Both the position numbers and the translations under genes were made by a program. A DNA stretch of 64,000 nt, taken from NCBI GenBank assembly GCA_965218585.1, contig CBDCLE010000002.1, forward strand, positions 1 through 64,000, given 5' to 3'. The notes beneath the pieces are model-generated. The model saw only the letters and a program-made list of their open reading frames with translations. It was not told where the DNA came from and searched no databases. This DNA comes from Terriglobia bacterium. GTDB lineage: Bacteria > Acidobacteriota > Terriglobia > 20CM-2-55-15. This document shows positions 29,911-39,186 of this stretch, one piece after another; position 1 is the stretch's first letter; each line of letters begins with the position of its first letter.

Positions 29911-31647
29911 CCCGCATATTTCACCGATAGGACCAGAAAAGGCCGCCCTGTCTGGCATAAAGCGTTTTGAAATAAACGTTTAACAAGCCAAACGGAGACG
30001 GCCCTTATGAGAACAGAGTGTAACCAAACGACGTTCGAATTTCACGGACTTCTTCAACGAAAAGTGAAGGCGCGTTTTGACGGCGGAAAGATCACCTCCG
30101 ACGCTGGGGTTCTGCTGTTGAGGGAAGTGGAAAAGCGAACGGGTCTGATCGCCGGACTGGCCGAGTGTTTCAGGGATTACCGGGACGCGAGGTTGATCGA
30201 ACACACGGTGAGCGAGTTATTGGGGCAGCGCGTCTACGGACTCTGTCTGGGCTACGAGGATCTGAACGATCATGACCAACTGCGGACCGATCCGATGCTG
30301 GCCGTGGCGGTGGATAAGGCCGATCCACTGGGGGAGAAGCGGCGGCAGGCCCGAGACCGGGGAAAAGCGTTGGCGGGCAAGTGTACGCTGAACCGGTTGG
30401 AACTGACCGGGGAGCAAGTCGATGGGAAGGAGCGGTACAAGAAGATTGCCATGGACCCGGACAAGATCGACCGCTGGATGGTGGATGCATTTGTGGCGGC
30501 TCACGGATCGGCGCCCGAGGAGATTGTTCTGGACCTGGATGCGACCGATGATCCGATCCATGGCCATCAGGAAGGACGGTTCTTTCACGGCTACTACGGC
30601 AACTACTGTTATCTGCCGCTCTACATCTTTTCGGGAGAGCATCTGCTATGCGCCCGGTTGCGGTGCTCCAATGTCGACGGTGCGGACGGCGCCGTCGAGG
30701 AATTGAACCGCATCATCGGCCAGATCCGGCAGAGCTGGCCGGAGGTGTCGATTATCATCCGGGCCGACTCGGGCTTTTGCCGGGATGAATTGCTGAGTTG
30801 GTGCGAGGCCCACCAGGTCGATTACGTGGTGGGTCTGGCCAAGAACGATCGGCTCAAGCGCGAGATCGCTGAATCGATGAGTCAGGCCGAAGCCGAGTTT
30901 AACGACACCGGGAAACCGGCGCGGGTGTTTAACGATTTCCGGTATCGCACTCGGAAGAGCTGGACCTGCACCCGACGCGTCATCGGCAAGGCCGAGTTCC
31001 TGGAGAAAGGCGCCAATCCTCGATTCGTTGTGACCTCACTGTCGCCGGAACGCCTGGACGCCCGCGCCCTCTATGAAGACTTTTACTGTGCGCGGGGCGA
31101 CATGGAAAATCGCATCAAGGAACAGCAGTTGGATCTATTCGCCGACCGGACCAGCGCGGCAACCATGCGCGCCAATCAACTCCGGCTCTATCTGTCCTCG
31201 GCCGCCTACATGCTCCTGCACGCGTTACGCCGTCTGGGACTGAAGAATACCGATCTGGCCCGCGCTCAGTGCCAGACGATCCGCTTGAAGCTCCTCAAGA
31301 TCGGAGCTCAAGTCCGTCTGACGGTTCGCAACATCTGGATCTCCATGTCGGAAGCCTATCCCTACGCCGAGGTCTTTGCCCTCGTCCATCGAAACCTGCA
31401 GGCGCTTCCTCTGCGCTGCTGAGAACCGACCCGATCCCCTGCGCCAAAATCGACTCGCTCTTTTCGGCTCCGCCGAGGTTTGTCTCAGTGCGTTTCGTCA
31501 CCCTCTTCTGAACCCGAAAACGCAGCAACTCCCGCTTGTCGACACCGGCGAGTCACGCCACACATGCCCAATTCGAACCCAGATCCTCCCGAATCCGATT
31601 CTTACTGCCCAAATCCCCCTGATCGCCGGACTGGTGAAACATGCGGG
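29911..31647 (+). mobile_element. IS1380-family element, copy 1 (1737 bp)
   Basis: 15-bp TIR cccgcatatttcacc / ggtgaaacatgcggg (1 mismatch); CTAG on both sides. Confidence 0.95.
30007..31422 (+). CDS. IS1380-family DDE transposase
   Basis: FDGGKITSDAG, LDLDATDD, RADSGF, RGDMENRIKE. Confidence 0.95.
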   Translation: MRTECNQTTFEFHGLLQRKVKARFDGGKITSDAGVLLLREVEKRTGLIAGLAECFRDYRDARLIEHTVSELLGQRVYGLCLGYEDLNDHDQLRTDPMLAVAVDKADPLGEKRRQARDRGKALAGKCTLNRLELTGEQVDGKERYKKIAMDPDKIDRWMVDAFVAAHGSAPEEIVLDLDATDDPIHGHQEGRFFHGYYGNYCYLPLYIFSGEHLLCARLRCSNVDGADGAVEELNRIIGQIRQSWPEVSIIIRADSGFCRDELLSWCEAHQVDYVVGLAKNDRLKREIAESMSQAEAEFNDTGKPARVFNDFRYRTRKSWTCTRRVIGKAEFLEKGANPRFVVTSLSPERLDARALYEDFYCARGDMENRIKEQQLDLFADRTSAATMRANQLRLYLSSAAYMLLHALRRLGLKNTDLARAQCQTIRLKLLKIGAQVRLTVRNIWISMSEAYPYAEVFALVHRNLQALPLRC

Positions 31648-31751
31648 CTAGGATCGAAGGATTCAGGGGGGACGGACTGCTCAATTCCCACATTCAACTG
31701 CAAGGACTATAGAGACCAATTCGGGGATTGAGTAGTCTGTCCCTTTAATCG

Positions 31752-33389
31752 CTATCGGCTCACCTCTGCTTGACTCCGGGTGGTCCAGTCAGACGACTGG
31801 TACAGAGTTACCATCAATGCACCCAGGCCGATCAGAACCAGAAGCACGTTGATCACATTCCCCATCAGCGGAATGTTCACGGCGATGAAAATCAGTACCA
31901 ACCCGCACAGGAGCGCCAAGGCTGTTGAGGGGATTGCGTCATCCTCAGGTTTCAAGATCGCGTTCCCGATGAAGAGCGCTATGACGATCTTCGACAGATA
32001 CAGGCAAAGCACCCAAACCATGATTCCAACTATCGCTACGGGTATGCCGATCACGGTGATCATTGCCACCACAACGGCGACCGGAGTCGCAACCAGCACG
32101 AGGAAACCTACACCTCCAGCCGTGACCAGTTGGCGTGGCGTATCGAGAGTCACAGTCCGAAGAACCGGCAGGAGCCAGAACAACAGCAGCCCCATTGTCA
32201 GTGCAGCAACGATGCGGATCGCTTGTCCGACATAGAAAGGAACAGTGAGGAAATTACTGACTTCAGTCTCGATAATGTTGATATCTGTCTGGCCGCCAAC
32301 GGAGGCGCCCGCGTCTACCTGAACCCGTTCTTCCGACCCTACGAAGGCTGTGAGGTTGCCGCCCACTCGACCCGGGGACTCGAGAGAAAACCGCGAGCCC
32401 CTGAATCTGACGTTGTTGCCCACCTCTCCGGAAATATCCAGCCTCTCGCCGAACATCATGGCGTCATTGGAGACAACGCCATCTACAGACCCGGTAGCAC
32501 CGAATATCAGAGCGTTTCCTTCGACCTGACCATTGCCGGTCACATCTACCGATTGACCAAAACCGTAAATATTCTGCCCGATCTCGCCGTCCGCCCGGAC
32601 GTTCTGTGCAAATCCGAACACGCTTCCTTGAACAACCCCGGTGACTTCGATGCGCTGAGCTCCGGAGATCACATTACCAAGAACGGTCCCGCGTACGTTC
32701 ACTTCCTGTCCCACTGCGATGAGGTCCCCGGTGACCGTGCCGTCGATATTGATAGTTTCGGCAGCCACAACCAACATGTCGTCCACAGTTTCGTTGGCCG
32801 CTATCGTCACCGTCTGTTCGCCTGTTCTGATGTCCAGGGCGCCGCCGGGAGTCGCAAAAACCATCACGAACGCCAGTGTCCCTAAGACGAGGCTCGCACC
32901 ACGGTAGCGTCGCGACAAACGAAACATCGCGAAGAATGCCAGGGCACCCGCGACGCTGAATGCTGCACTGTTTACGAGAGAAGTTATCATCGGTACTCCT
33001 TCAGCTGCTGCATACACAGTCAGGCCAGCCACAAGATTCAATTGACCCGACAGCTCGGACGGATCCAGCCAGGCGAGCGGGGCGGGCAGTTCTAAACCCG
33101 ACAGAATACCGAGCGCCACCTGCAGACCAACGGCAAGGCCCGACACAAGGGCCGCAAGCCAGAAGACACTCGGTTGTGCGGGCACATCCGACCAGGCAGG
33201 TTCCAACTCTTCTTCCCGGACGACCTCCTGGAAAGAGTGAACGAGCAGACGGTTCTCCGCGATCAATTCTGCTAACAGATCGCTGCAATGTGCGCATCCA
33301 TCCAGATGCCGAGACACCTCTTGTGTAGTTTCGGGGGACAATTCCGCATCCGCGTACAGCGCTATGTCGAACTCACTTGGACAGACCAC
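31752..33389 (-). CDS. Membrane anti-sigma factor: zf-HC2-like N-terminus, bactofilin/polymer-forming beta-helix repeats, multi-TM C-terminus
   Basis: GTG 33389 with GGAG RBS, overlapping the sigma stop; HLDGCAHC; repeats such as INIDGTVTGDLIAVG / VRGTVLGNVISGA; hydrophobic helices. Confidence 0.82.
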   Translation of the reverse strand: MVCPSEFDIALYADAELSPETTQEVSRHLDGCAHCSDLLAELIAENRLLVHSFQEVVREEELEPAWSDVPAQPSVFWLAALVSGLAVGLQVALGILSGLELPAPLAWLDPSELSGQLNLVAGLTVYAAAEGVPMITSLVNSAAFSVAGALAFFAMFRLSRRYRGASLVLGTLAFVMVFATPGGALDIRTGEQTVTIAANETVDDMLVVAAETINIDGTVTGDLIAVGQEVNVRGTVLGNVISGAQRIEVTGVVQGSVFGFAQNVRADGEIGQNIYGFGQSVDVTGNGQVEGNALIFGATGSVDGVVSNDAMMFGERLDISGEVGNNVRFRGSRFSLESPGRVGGNLTAFVGSEERVQVDAGASVGGQTDINIIETEVSNFLTVPFYVGQAIRIVAALTMGLLLFWLLPVLRTVTLDTPRQLVTAGGVGFLVLVATPVAVVVAMITVIGIPVAIVGIMVWVLCLYLSKIVIALFIGNAILKPEDDAIPSTALALLCGLVLIFIAVNIPLMGNVINVLLVLIGLGALMVTLYQSSDWTTRSQAEVSR

Positions 33390-33915
33390 TTTTGCTCTCC
33401 CTTTCAAATTTTTCCCGCAGTAATCGTTTTCCACGAAAAATCAGCGTTCCGACCGCCTTCGGATTTATCTGCAAAGCCGCACCGATCTCCTCGTAGCTAA
33501 ACTCCGAGTAATAGGCCAAGACCAGAGGCACTCTATATTTGGCTGGCAATGCTTCCAATGCGCGGCGGACGTCCCTGCCCCGCTCATTCGATAACAGCTG
33601 ACCGAGTGGGCCGGGAGCGGGTGAGCCTGGATCGAGGGAATCGGTGGCCTCGGGATGAAACAGCCGCCTTTCCAGGTTTCGACGACGCAACACATCGACG
33701 CAGTAATTCGTAGCTATCCCCAAGAGCCAGCTGGACATAGGGCGGGACGGATCGTAGCTCGCCAGCTTCCGTTGTGCGCGGAGGAAAACTTCCTGGGCAG
33801 CGTCCTCCGCTCCAGTTGTTGATTGGAGGAGATAGCGACACAGGACCAGCACCCGTCGATAATGCTCCTCGTAGATGTCGGCAAACTCGATTTCAAGCCG
33901 CATGGGCGCTTCCAT
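33373..33915 (-). CDS. ECF RNA polymerase sigma-70 factor
   Basis: AEDAAQEVFLRA, SWLLGIATNYCVD, LPAKYRVPLVLAYYSEFSYEEIG. Confidence 0.92.
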   Translation of the reverse strand: MEAPMRLEIEFADIYEEHYRRVLVLCRYLLQSTTGAEDAAQEVFLRAQRKLASYDPSRPMSSWLLGIATNYCVDVLRRRNLERRLFHPEATDSLDPGSPAPGPLGQLLSNERGRDVRRALEALPAKYRVPLVLAYYSEFSYEEIGAALQINPKAVGTLIFRGKRLLREKFERESKSGLSK

Positions 33916-33935
33916 AATTCCGTACACACTACTAC

Positions 33936-33961
33936 TACGAAGCACGGGGAAGAAAATTGCA
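33936..33961 (-). promoter_or_regulatory. Candidate autoregulatory ECF promoter
   Basis: Minus strand TGCAAT-N16-CGTA, resembling the SigW-type TGAAAC-N16-CGTA consensus. Confidence 0.45.
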
Positions 33962-34095
33962 CGAAAAGTTGGACTAAATTCGGAAACCTGCGGGTTTGTA
34001 CTTTTTCTCAGCCGAGTCGAATCGACACCCCGTTAGAAGGGCGGTGCGCTTGACCCCGCATCCCTCCGGTGGTAGCTTTTCTGTTCGACATTGTT

Positions 34096-34203
34096 TTGCA
34101 TCGAGAGTGGCTGAGGGACGGGCCCGAAGACGCCACGGCAACCGGCGCAGACGCGCGGCAGGTGCTAATTCCCGCAGGTCCGGTAGGGACCTGGGAGATG
34201 CGA
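34096..34203 (+). ncRNA. SAM-I riboswitch (S-box)
   Basis: ATCGAGAG..GAGGGACGGGCCC..GGCAACC..GGTGCTAATTCC.GCAG..CTGGGAGAT, upstream of a transsulfuration gene. Confidence 0.92.
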
Positions 34204-34222
34204 TAAACGGCGAGTATGCCGC

Positions 34223-34248
34223 ACCGCCTCTCCCGAGGCGGTTTTTTT
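34223..34248 (+). terminator. Riboswitch expression-platform terminator
   Basis: accgcctc-tccc-gaggcggt followed by a T run, before the RBS. Confidence 0.85.
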
Positions 34249-34297
34249 GTGCTATCTGAGTTCCCTACCGGAGAGGCAAGCGCAAAGGAGAACGCCA

Positions 34298-35503
34298 ATG
34301 GCGAGCGGCAACGGACAAGACGACCAGCATCCGCACAGCGGGATTTCAACCCGCTCGGTGCGGGGCGGTGAGCGCCGGCATAAGGGGGAAGACTCACTGA
34401 CGACCCCTATTTTTCAAACCGCGACCTTCACCTTCGAAGATTCCAAGGAGGTACGAGCCTACAACGCAGGCGAGAAGCAGCGATATGAGTATGGACGGTA
34501 TGGCAACCCGACCGTACGCGCGTGCGAACTGAAGATCGCATCTCTCGAAGGGGCAGAGGACGCGCTGTTGTTTCCGACCGGGATGAGCGCGATCGTCAAC
34601 ACGATGCTCGCGATCCTTCGCGCCGGACACCACTGCATCCTGTTCGAAGACTGTTACCGCAACACGAAAAAGTTCTGTGACAGGTACCTTTCGAAATACG
34701 ACGTGGACCTCTCGTTTGTCCGAGCAGGCGACTACGACCAGCTTGAGCAAGAGATAAAGGACAACACGCGTGTGATCATCGGCGAGTCGCCCACCAATCC
34801 GCACCTGCGCGTGTCCGATGTCCCGCGCATTGTCGAGATCGCCAAAGCGAATGGGGTGAACTTCCTGCTGGACAGTACACTCGCCACACCCTACAACCAG
34901 AGGCCTTATGAGTACGGCGTCAAGTTTGTCCTGCATTCTGCAACGAAATACCTGAACGGCCATAACGACCTGCTTGGAGGGGTGCTCGTCGGCGCTGCAC
35001 CCCAGATTGATGCGGTGCGAACGTTCTGCCACACCGTCGGGAGCGCTCCCGATCCTCATCAGGCATGGATGATCCTGCGCGGACTGAAAACTTTCGCTGT
35101 GCGTATGGAACGACACAACAGCAACGCCCTCGCCGTCGCCGAATGGCTCGACCAGCATCCGAAGGTGGAAAAGGTGTGGTATCCGGGATTGCGGTCACAC
35201 CCCGACCATGCCGTCGCCAAGAGTCAGATGCACGGTTTCGGAGGAATGGTGTCGTTTGAGGCGAAGGGCGATGAAGCCGAGACTTTGCGGTTTGTCGACT
35301 CGCTTGACCTCTGGTTGCTGGGACCCAGCATGGGTGGAGTCGAATCCCTTGCCAGCCATCCCGCGACCGTCAGTTACTACGAACTCAATCGCGAGGAACG
35401 CTACCGCATCGGCATCTATGACAACCTCGTCCGTCTCGCCGTGGGCATCGAAGACGTCGAGGACCTGATCGGTGATCTCGACCAGGCGCTGGGGAAGATG
35501 TAG
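34298..35503 (+). CDS. Cystathionine gamma-synthase/lyase (Cys/Met metabolism PLP enzyme, MetB-like)
   Basis: ATG 34298 with AGGAG; YGRYGNPT, ESPTNP, HSATKYLNGH, RGLKT, SMGGVESL, VRLAVGIED. Confidence 0.9.
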   Translation: MASGNGQDDQHPHSGISTRSVRGGERRHKGEDSLTTPIFQTATFTFEDSKEVRAYNAGEKQRYEYGRYGNPTVRACELKIASLEGAEDALLFPTGMSAIVNTMLAILRAGHHCILFEDCYRNTKKFCDRYLSKYDVDLSFVRAGDYDQLEQEIKDNTRVIIGESPTNPHLRVSDVPRIVEIAKANGVNFLLDSTLATPYNQRPYEYGVKFVLHSATKYLNGHNDLLGGVLVGAAPQIDAVRTFCHTVGSAPDPHQAWMILRGLKTFAVRMERHNSNALAVAEWLDQHPKVEKVWYPGLRSHPDHAVAKSQMHGFGGMVSFEAKGDEAETLRFVDSLDLWLLGPSMGGVESLASHPATVSYYELNREERYRIGIYDNLVRLAVGIEDVEDLIGDLDQALGKM

Positions 35504-35514
35504 TTGTGTAGCCC

Positions 35515-35895
35515 TCACCCACCGGACGAGAGGGCCGCTCTGATGTGCCCAAGATGCGTTCGGTTGTGATCGGCGACTTTATCGAACTCGTCCTTCAGGG
35601 TCCGGACCCCCGTCTCGCTGTGCACGAACTCGCGGCGATGACTTTCCGGGTAGTGAAGGTTCGCGAAGTAAATAATTTCTTCGCGCGTAATCCTGTAGAG
35701 CTCCCTGGACAACTCCAACGGTCGGTCACCATAGTTTAGATTTTTCGCCCAGGCGTCTTGATCGAACGCCCAGATGAGGGGGCGCGGCTCGCTGATCACA
35801 CGCCGGATCCGATCGAAAAGGACGGTCTCTGCATCGGACAGATGATGCAGTATTTCCCGCACACTCCATTTACCCGGACCGTAGCGCATCCCTAG
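35515..35895 (-). pseudogene. DinB-family protein, 5'-truncated at the IS1182 insertion
   Basis: YGPGKWSVREILHHLSDAE..FDQDAWA..HNRTHLGHI; the frame runs into the CTAG at 35892-35895 with no N-terminal helix or RBS. Confidence 0.75.
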
Positions 35896-37445
35896 GAGCC
35901 TGCGCCGTAGGAAGTGAATGAGATAATAGTGTCGCAGTTAGGAGGAGAATGCGATGCCGACGACGTTTCGCCCGTACCAGCCGGAGCAGGGGTTGCTGCT
36001 GGCGCCGGATATACGGGATTGGTTGCCGGAGGGGCACTTGGCACACCATGTGAGCGATCTGGTGGACGGATTGGACTTGACGGCGTTTTACGCGCCTTAC
36101 GAGGGGGACGGTCGTCGCAAGTCGCCGTATGAGCCGCGGATGATGGCGAAGGTGCTGATCTACGGGTACGCGACGGGGGTGTTTTCGTCCCGAGGGCTGG
36201 CGCGGAAGCTGGAGGAGGACGTGGCATTTCGGGTGTTGGCGGCGGGGAATTTTCCGAGCCATCGGACGATTTGCGAGTTTCGCCGGCGTCATTTGTCGGA
36301 TTTCAAGGCGCTGTTTGTGGAGGTGGTCGGTCTGGCGCGCGAGACCGGGGTTGGGAACTTCGGCAAGTTGTCGATCGACGGGACGAAGGTTCGAGCCAAT
36401 GCCAGCAAGCGCAAGGCGATGAGTTACGGTCGGATGCAGGAGGAGGAGCGGCGCCTGGAGGGCGAGATCGAAGCGTTGCTGTCGCGCGCGCGGGAGACCG
36501 ATGCGGCGGAGGACGCGCGTTTCGGGGAGGCGCATCGCGGCGATGAGTTACCCGAGGAGTTGCGCCGCCGGGAGGATCGGCTGGCGGCGATCCGGGCGGC
36601 CAGGGCGCGATTGGAGGCCAGGCAACGGGAGGCCGACGAGGCGCGGGGACGCGAGCCCGGTTCGAAGCGCAACCGGAAGAGCGGGCGGCCCTACAAGCGG
36701 GAATACGGCGAGCCGGACGAGAAGGCGCAGGACAACTTCACCGATCCCGAAAGCCGGATCATGAAGACCTCATCGGAGGGTTTTCAGCAGTGCTACAACG
36801 CGCAGGTGGCGGTGGAGGGAGAGAAGCAGTTGATCGTCGCCACCGAGGTGTCGTCGAACGCCAGCGACCAGGGTCGGCTGGTCCCGTTGGTGGACGAGGT
36901 GGAGGCCACCCATGGGGAACGGCCCGAGACGGTGCTGGCGGATGCGGGCTACTGCAACGAGGACGACCTGGAGGCGCTGGAGGCGCGCGGCGTGGACGGC
37001 TATGTGGCCTTGGGCCGGGAGGGCCGGCGCGCGGTCGCGGTAGACGCCGCCAGGCATCCGGCGAAGGCCCGCATGGCCGAGAAGCTGTCGATGGAGGCGG
37101 GACGGGTGCAGTACGCCCAGCGCAAATGGCTGTCGGAGGCGCCCAACGGGTGGATCAAGGAGGTGCTCGGCTTCCGCCGATTCAGCCTGCGCGGCCTGAA
37201 CAAGGTCCAGGGCGAGTGGAACTTGGTGTGTCTGGCATTGAACGTCAAGCGGATGCAGGGGCTTCAGGCAGCCTGATGACAGGGATACCGCCCGCAAATC
37301 AGGCCGAACGAGGGTCGATTCAAGCACCCGTGGCGCACCCATCGGCGCCTCGTCGTCCAAAACGCCCATTCCCCGGTCACCGATACCGATCAATCGCCAT
37401 ATCGCGAAATTCGCCGAGTCGAAAATCGTCCTACGGCGCAGGCTC
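35896..37445 (+). mobile_element. IS1182-family element (1550 bp)
   Basis: Perfect 17-bp TIR GAGCCTGCGCCGTAGGA; CTAG at 35892 and 37446. Confidence 0.93.
35954..37276 (+). CDS. IS1182-family transposase
   Basis: LLAPDIRDWLPEGHLA, IDGTKVRANAS, TDPESRIM, YNAQ, ADAGY. Confidence 0.93.
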   Translation: MPTTFRPYQPEQGLLLAPDIRDWLPEGHLAHHVSDLVDGLDLTAFYAPYEGDGRRKSPYEPRMMAKVLIYGYATGVFSSRGLARKLEEDVAFRVLAAGNFPSHRTICEFRRRHLSDFKALFVEVVGLARETGVGNFGKLSIDGTKVRANASKRKAMSYGRMQEEERRLEGEIEALLSRARETDAAEDARFGEAHRGDELPEELRRREDRLAAIRAARARLEARQREADEARGREPGSKRNRKSGRPYKREYGEPDEKAQDNFTDPESRIMKTSSEGFQQCYNAQVAVEGEKQLIVATEVSSNASDQGRLVPLVDEVEATHGERPETVLADAGYCNEDDLEALEARGVDGYVALGREGRRAVAVDAARHPAKARMAEKLSMEAGRVQYAQRKWLSEAPNGWIKEVLGFRRFSLRGLNKVQGEWNLVCLALNVKRMQGLQAA

Positions 37446-37449
37446 CTAG

Positions 37450-39186
37450 CCCGCATATTTCACCGATAGGACCAGAAAAGGCCGCCCTGTCTGGCATAAA
37501 GCGTTTTGAAATAAACGTTTAACAAGCCAAACGGAGACGGCCCTTATGAGAACAGAGTGTAACCAAACGACGTTCGAATTTCACGGACTTCTTCAACGAA
37601 AAGTGAAGGCGCGTTTTGACGGCGGAAAGATCACCTCCGACGCTGGGGTTCTGCTGTTGAGGGAAGTGGAAAAGCGAACGGGTCTGATCGCCGGACTGGC
37701 CGAGTGTTTCAGGGATTACCGGGACGCGAGGTTGATCGAACACACGGTGAGCGAGTTATTGGGGCAGCGCGTCTACGGACTCTGTCTGGGCTACGAGGAT
37801 CTGAACGATCATGACCAACTGCGGACCGATCCGATGCTGGCCGTGGCGGTGGATAAGGCCGATCCACTGGGGGAGAAGCGGCGGCAGGCCCGAGACCGGG
37901 GAAAAGCGTTGGCGGGCAAGTGTACGCTGAACCGGTTGGAACTGACCGGGGAGCAAGTCGATGGGAAGGAGCGGTACAAGAAGATTGCCATGGACCCGGA
38001 CAAGATCGACCGCTGGATGGTGGATGCATTTGTGGCGGCTCACGGATCGGCGCCCGAGGAGATTGTTCTGGACCTGGATGCGACCGATGATCCGATCCAT
38101 GGCCATCAGGAAGGACGGTTCTTTCACGGCTACTACGGCAACTACTGTTATCTGCCGCTCTACATCTTTTCGGGAGAGCATCTGCTATGCGCCCGGTTGC
38201 GGTGCTCCAATGTCGACGGTGCGGACGGCGCCGTCGAGGAATTGAACCGCATCATCGGCCAGATCCGGCAGAGCTGGCCGGAGGTGTCGATTATCATCCG
38301 GTCCGCCTCGGGCTTTTGCCGGGATGAATTGCTGAGTTGGTGCGAGGCCCACCAGGTCGATTACGTGGTGGGTCTGGCCAAGAACGATCGGCTCAAGCGC
38401 GAGATCGCTGAATCGATGAGTCAGGCCGAAGCCGAGTTTAACGACACCGGGAAACCGGCGCGGGTGTTTAACGATTTCCGGTATCGCACTCGGAAGAGCT
38501 GGACCTGCACCCGACGCGTCATCGGCAAGGCCGAGTTCCTGGAGAAAGGCGCCAATCCTCGATTCGTTGTGACCTCACTGTCGCCGGAACGCCTGGACGC
38601 CCGCGCCCTCTATGAAGACTTTTACTGTGCGCGGGGCGACATGGAAAATCGCATCAAGGAACAGCAGTTGGATCTATTCGCCGACCGGACCAGCGCGGCA
38701 ACCATGCGCGCCAATCAACTCCGGCTCTATCTGTCCTCGGCCGCCTACATGCTCCTGCACGCGTTACGCCGTCTGGGACTGAAGAATACCGATCTGGCCC
38801 GCGCTCAGTGCCAGACGATCCGCTTGAAGCTCCTCAAGATCGGAGCTCAAGTCCGTCTGACGGTTCGCAACATCTGGATCTCCATGTCGGAAGCCTATCC
38901 CTACGCCGAGGTCTTTGCCCTCGTCCATCGAAACCTGCAGGCGCTTCCTCTGCGCTGCTGAGAACCGACCCGATCCCCTGCGCCAAAATCGACTCGCTCT
39001 TTTCGGCTCCGCCGAGGTTTGTCTCAGTGCGTTTCGTCACCCTCTTCTGAACCCGAAAACGCAGCAACTCCCGCTTGTCGACACCGCCGAGTCACGCCAC
39101 ACATGCCCAATTCGAACCCAGATCCTCCCGAATCCGATTCTTACTGCCCAAATCCCCCTGATCGCCGGACTGGTGAAACATGCGGG
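37450..39186 (+). mobile_element. IS1380-family element, copy 2 (1737 bp), abutting IS1182
   Basis: Near-identical to copy 1; shares CTAG 37446-37449 with IS1182; CTAG at 39187. Confidence 0.95.
37546..38961 (+). CDS. IS1380-family transposase with RADSG changed to RSASG
   Basis: cgg tcc gcc tcg versus cgg gcc gac tcg in copies 1 and 3 (positions 38302, 38306). Confidence 0.9.
   Translation: MRTECNQTTFEFHGLLQRKVKARFDGGKITSDAGVLLLREVEKRTGLIAGLAECFRDYRDARLIEHTVSELLGQRVYGLCLGYEDLNDHDQLRTDPMLAVAVDKADPLGEKRRQARDRGKALAGKCTLNRLELTGEQVDGKERYKKIAMDPDKIDRWMVDAFVAAHGSAPEEIVLDLDATDDPIHGHQEGRFFHGYYGNYCYLPLYIFSGEHLLCARLRCSNVDGADGAVEELNRIIGQIRQSWPEVSIIIRSASGFCRDELLSWCEAHQVDYVVGLAKNDRLKREIAESMSQAEAEFNDTGKPARVFNDFRYRTRKSWTCTRRVIGKAEFLEKGANPRFVVTSLSPERLDARALYEDFYCARGDMENRIKEQQLDLFADRTSAATMRANQLRLYLSSAAYMLLHALRRLGLKNTDLARAQCQTIRLKLLKIGAQVRLTVRNIWISMSEAYPYAEVFALVHRNLQALPLRC

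Noticed and set aside
31652-31731. Short Cys-containing frame after IS1380 copy 1 as the remnant of a gene
   Set aside because: Only about 26 codons and no recognisable family.
29911-39186. Composite transposon formed by IS1380 copies 1 and 2
   Set aside because: CTAG flanks every end, so it is not diagnostic, and the outer flanks (flavodoxin stop, mid-CHAT) do not rejoin into one locus.
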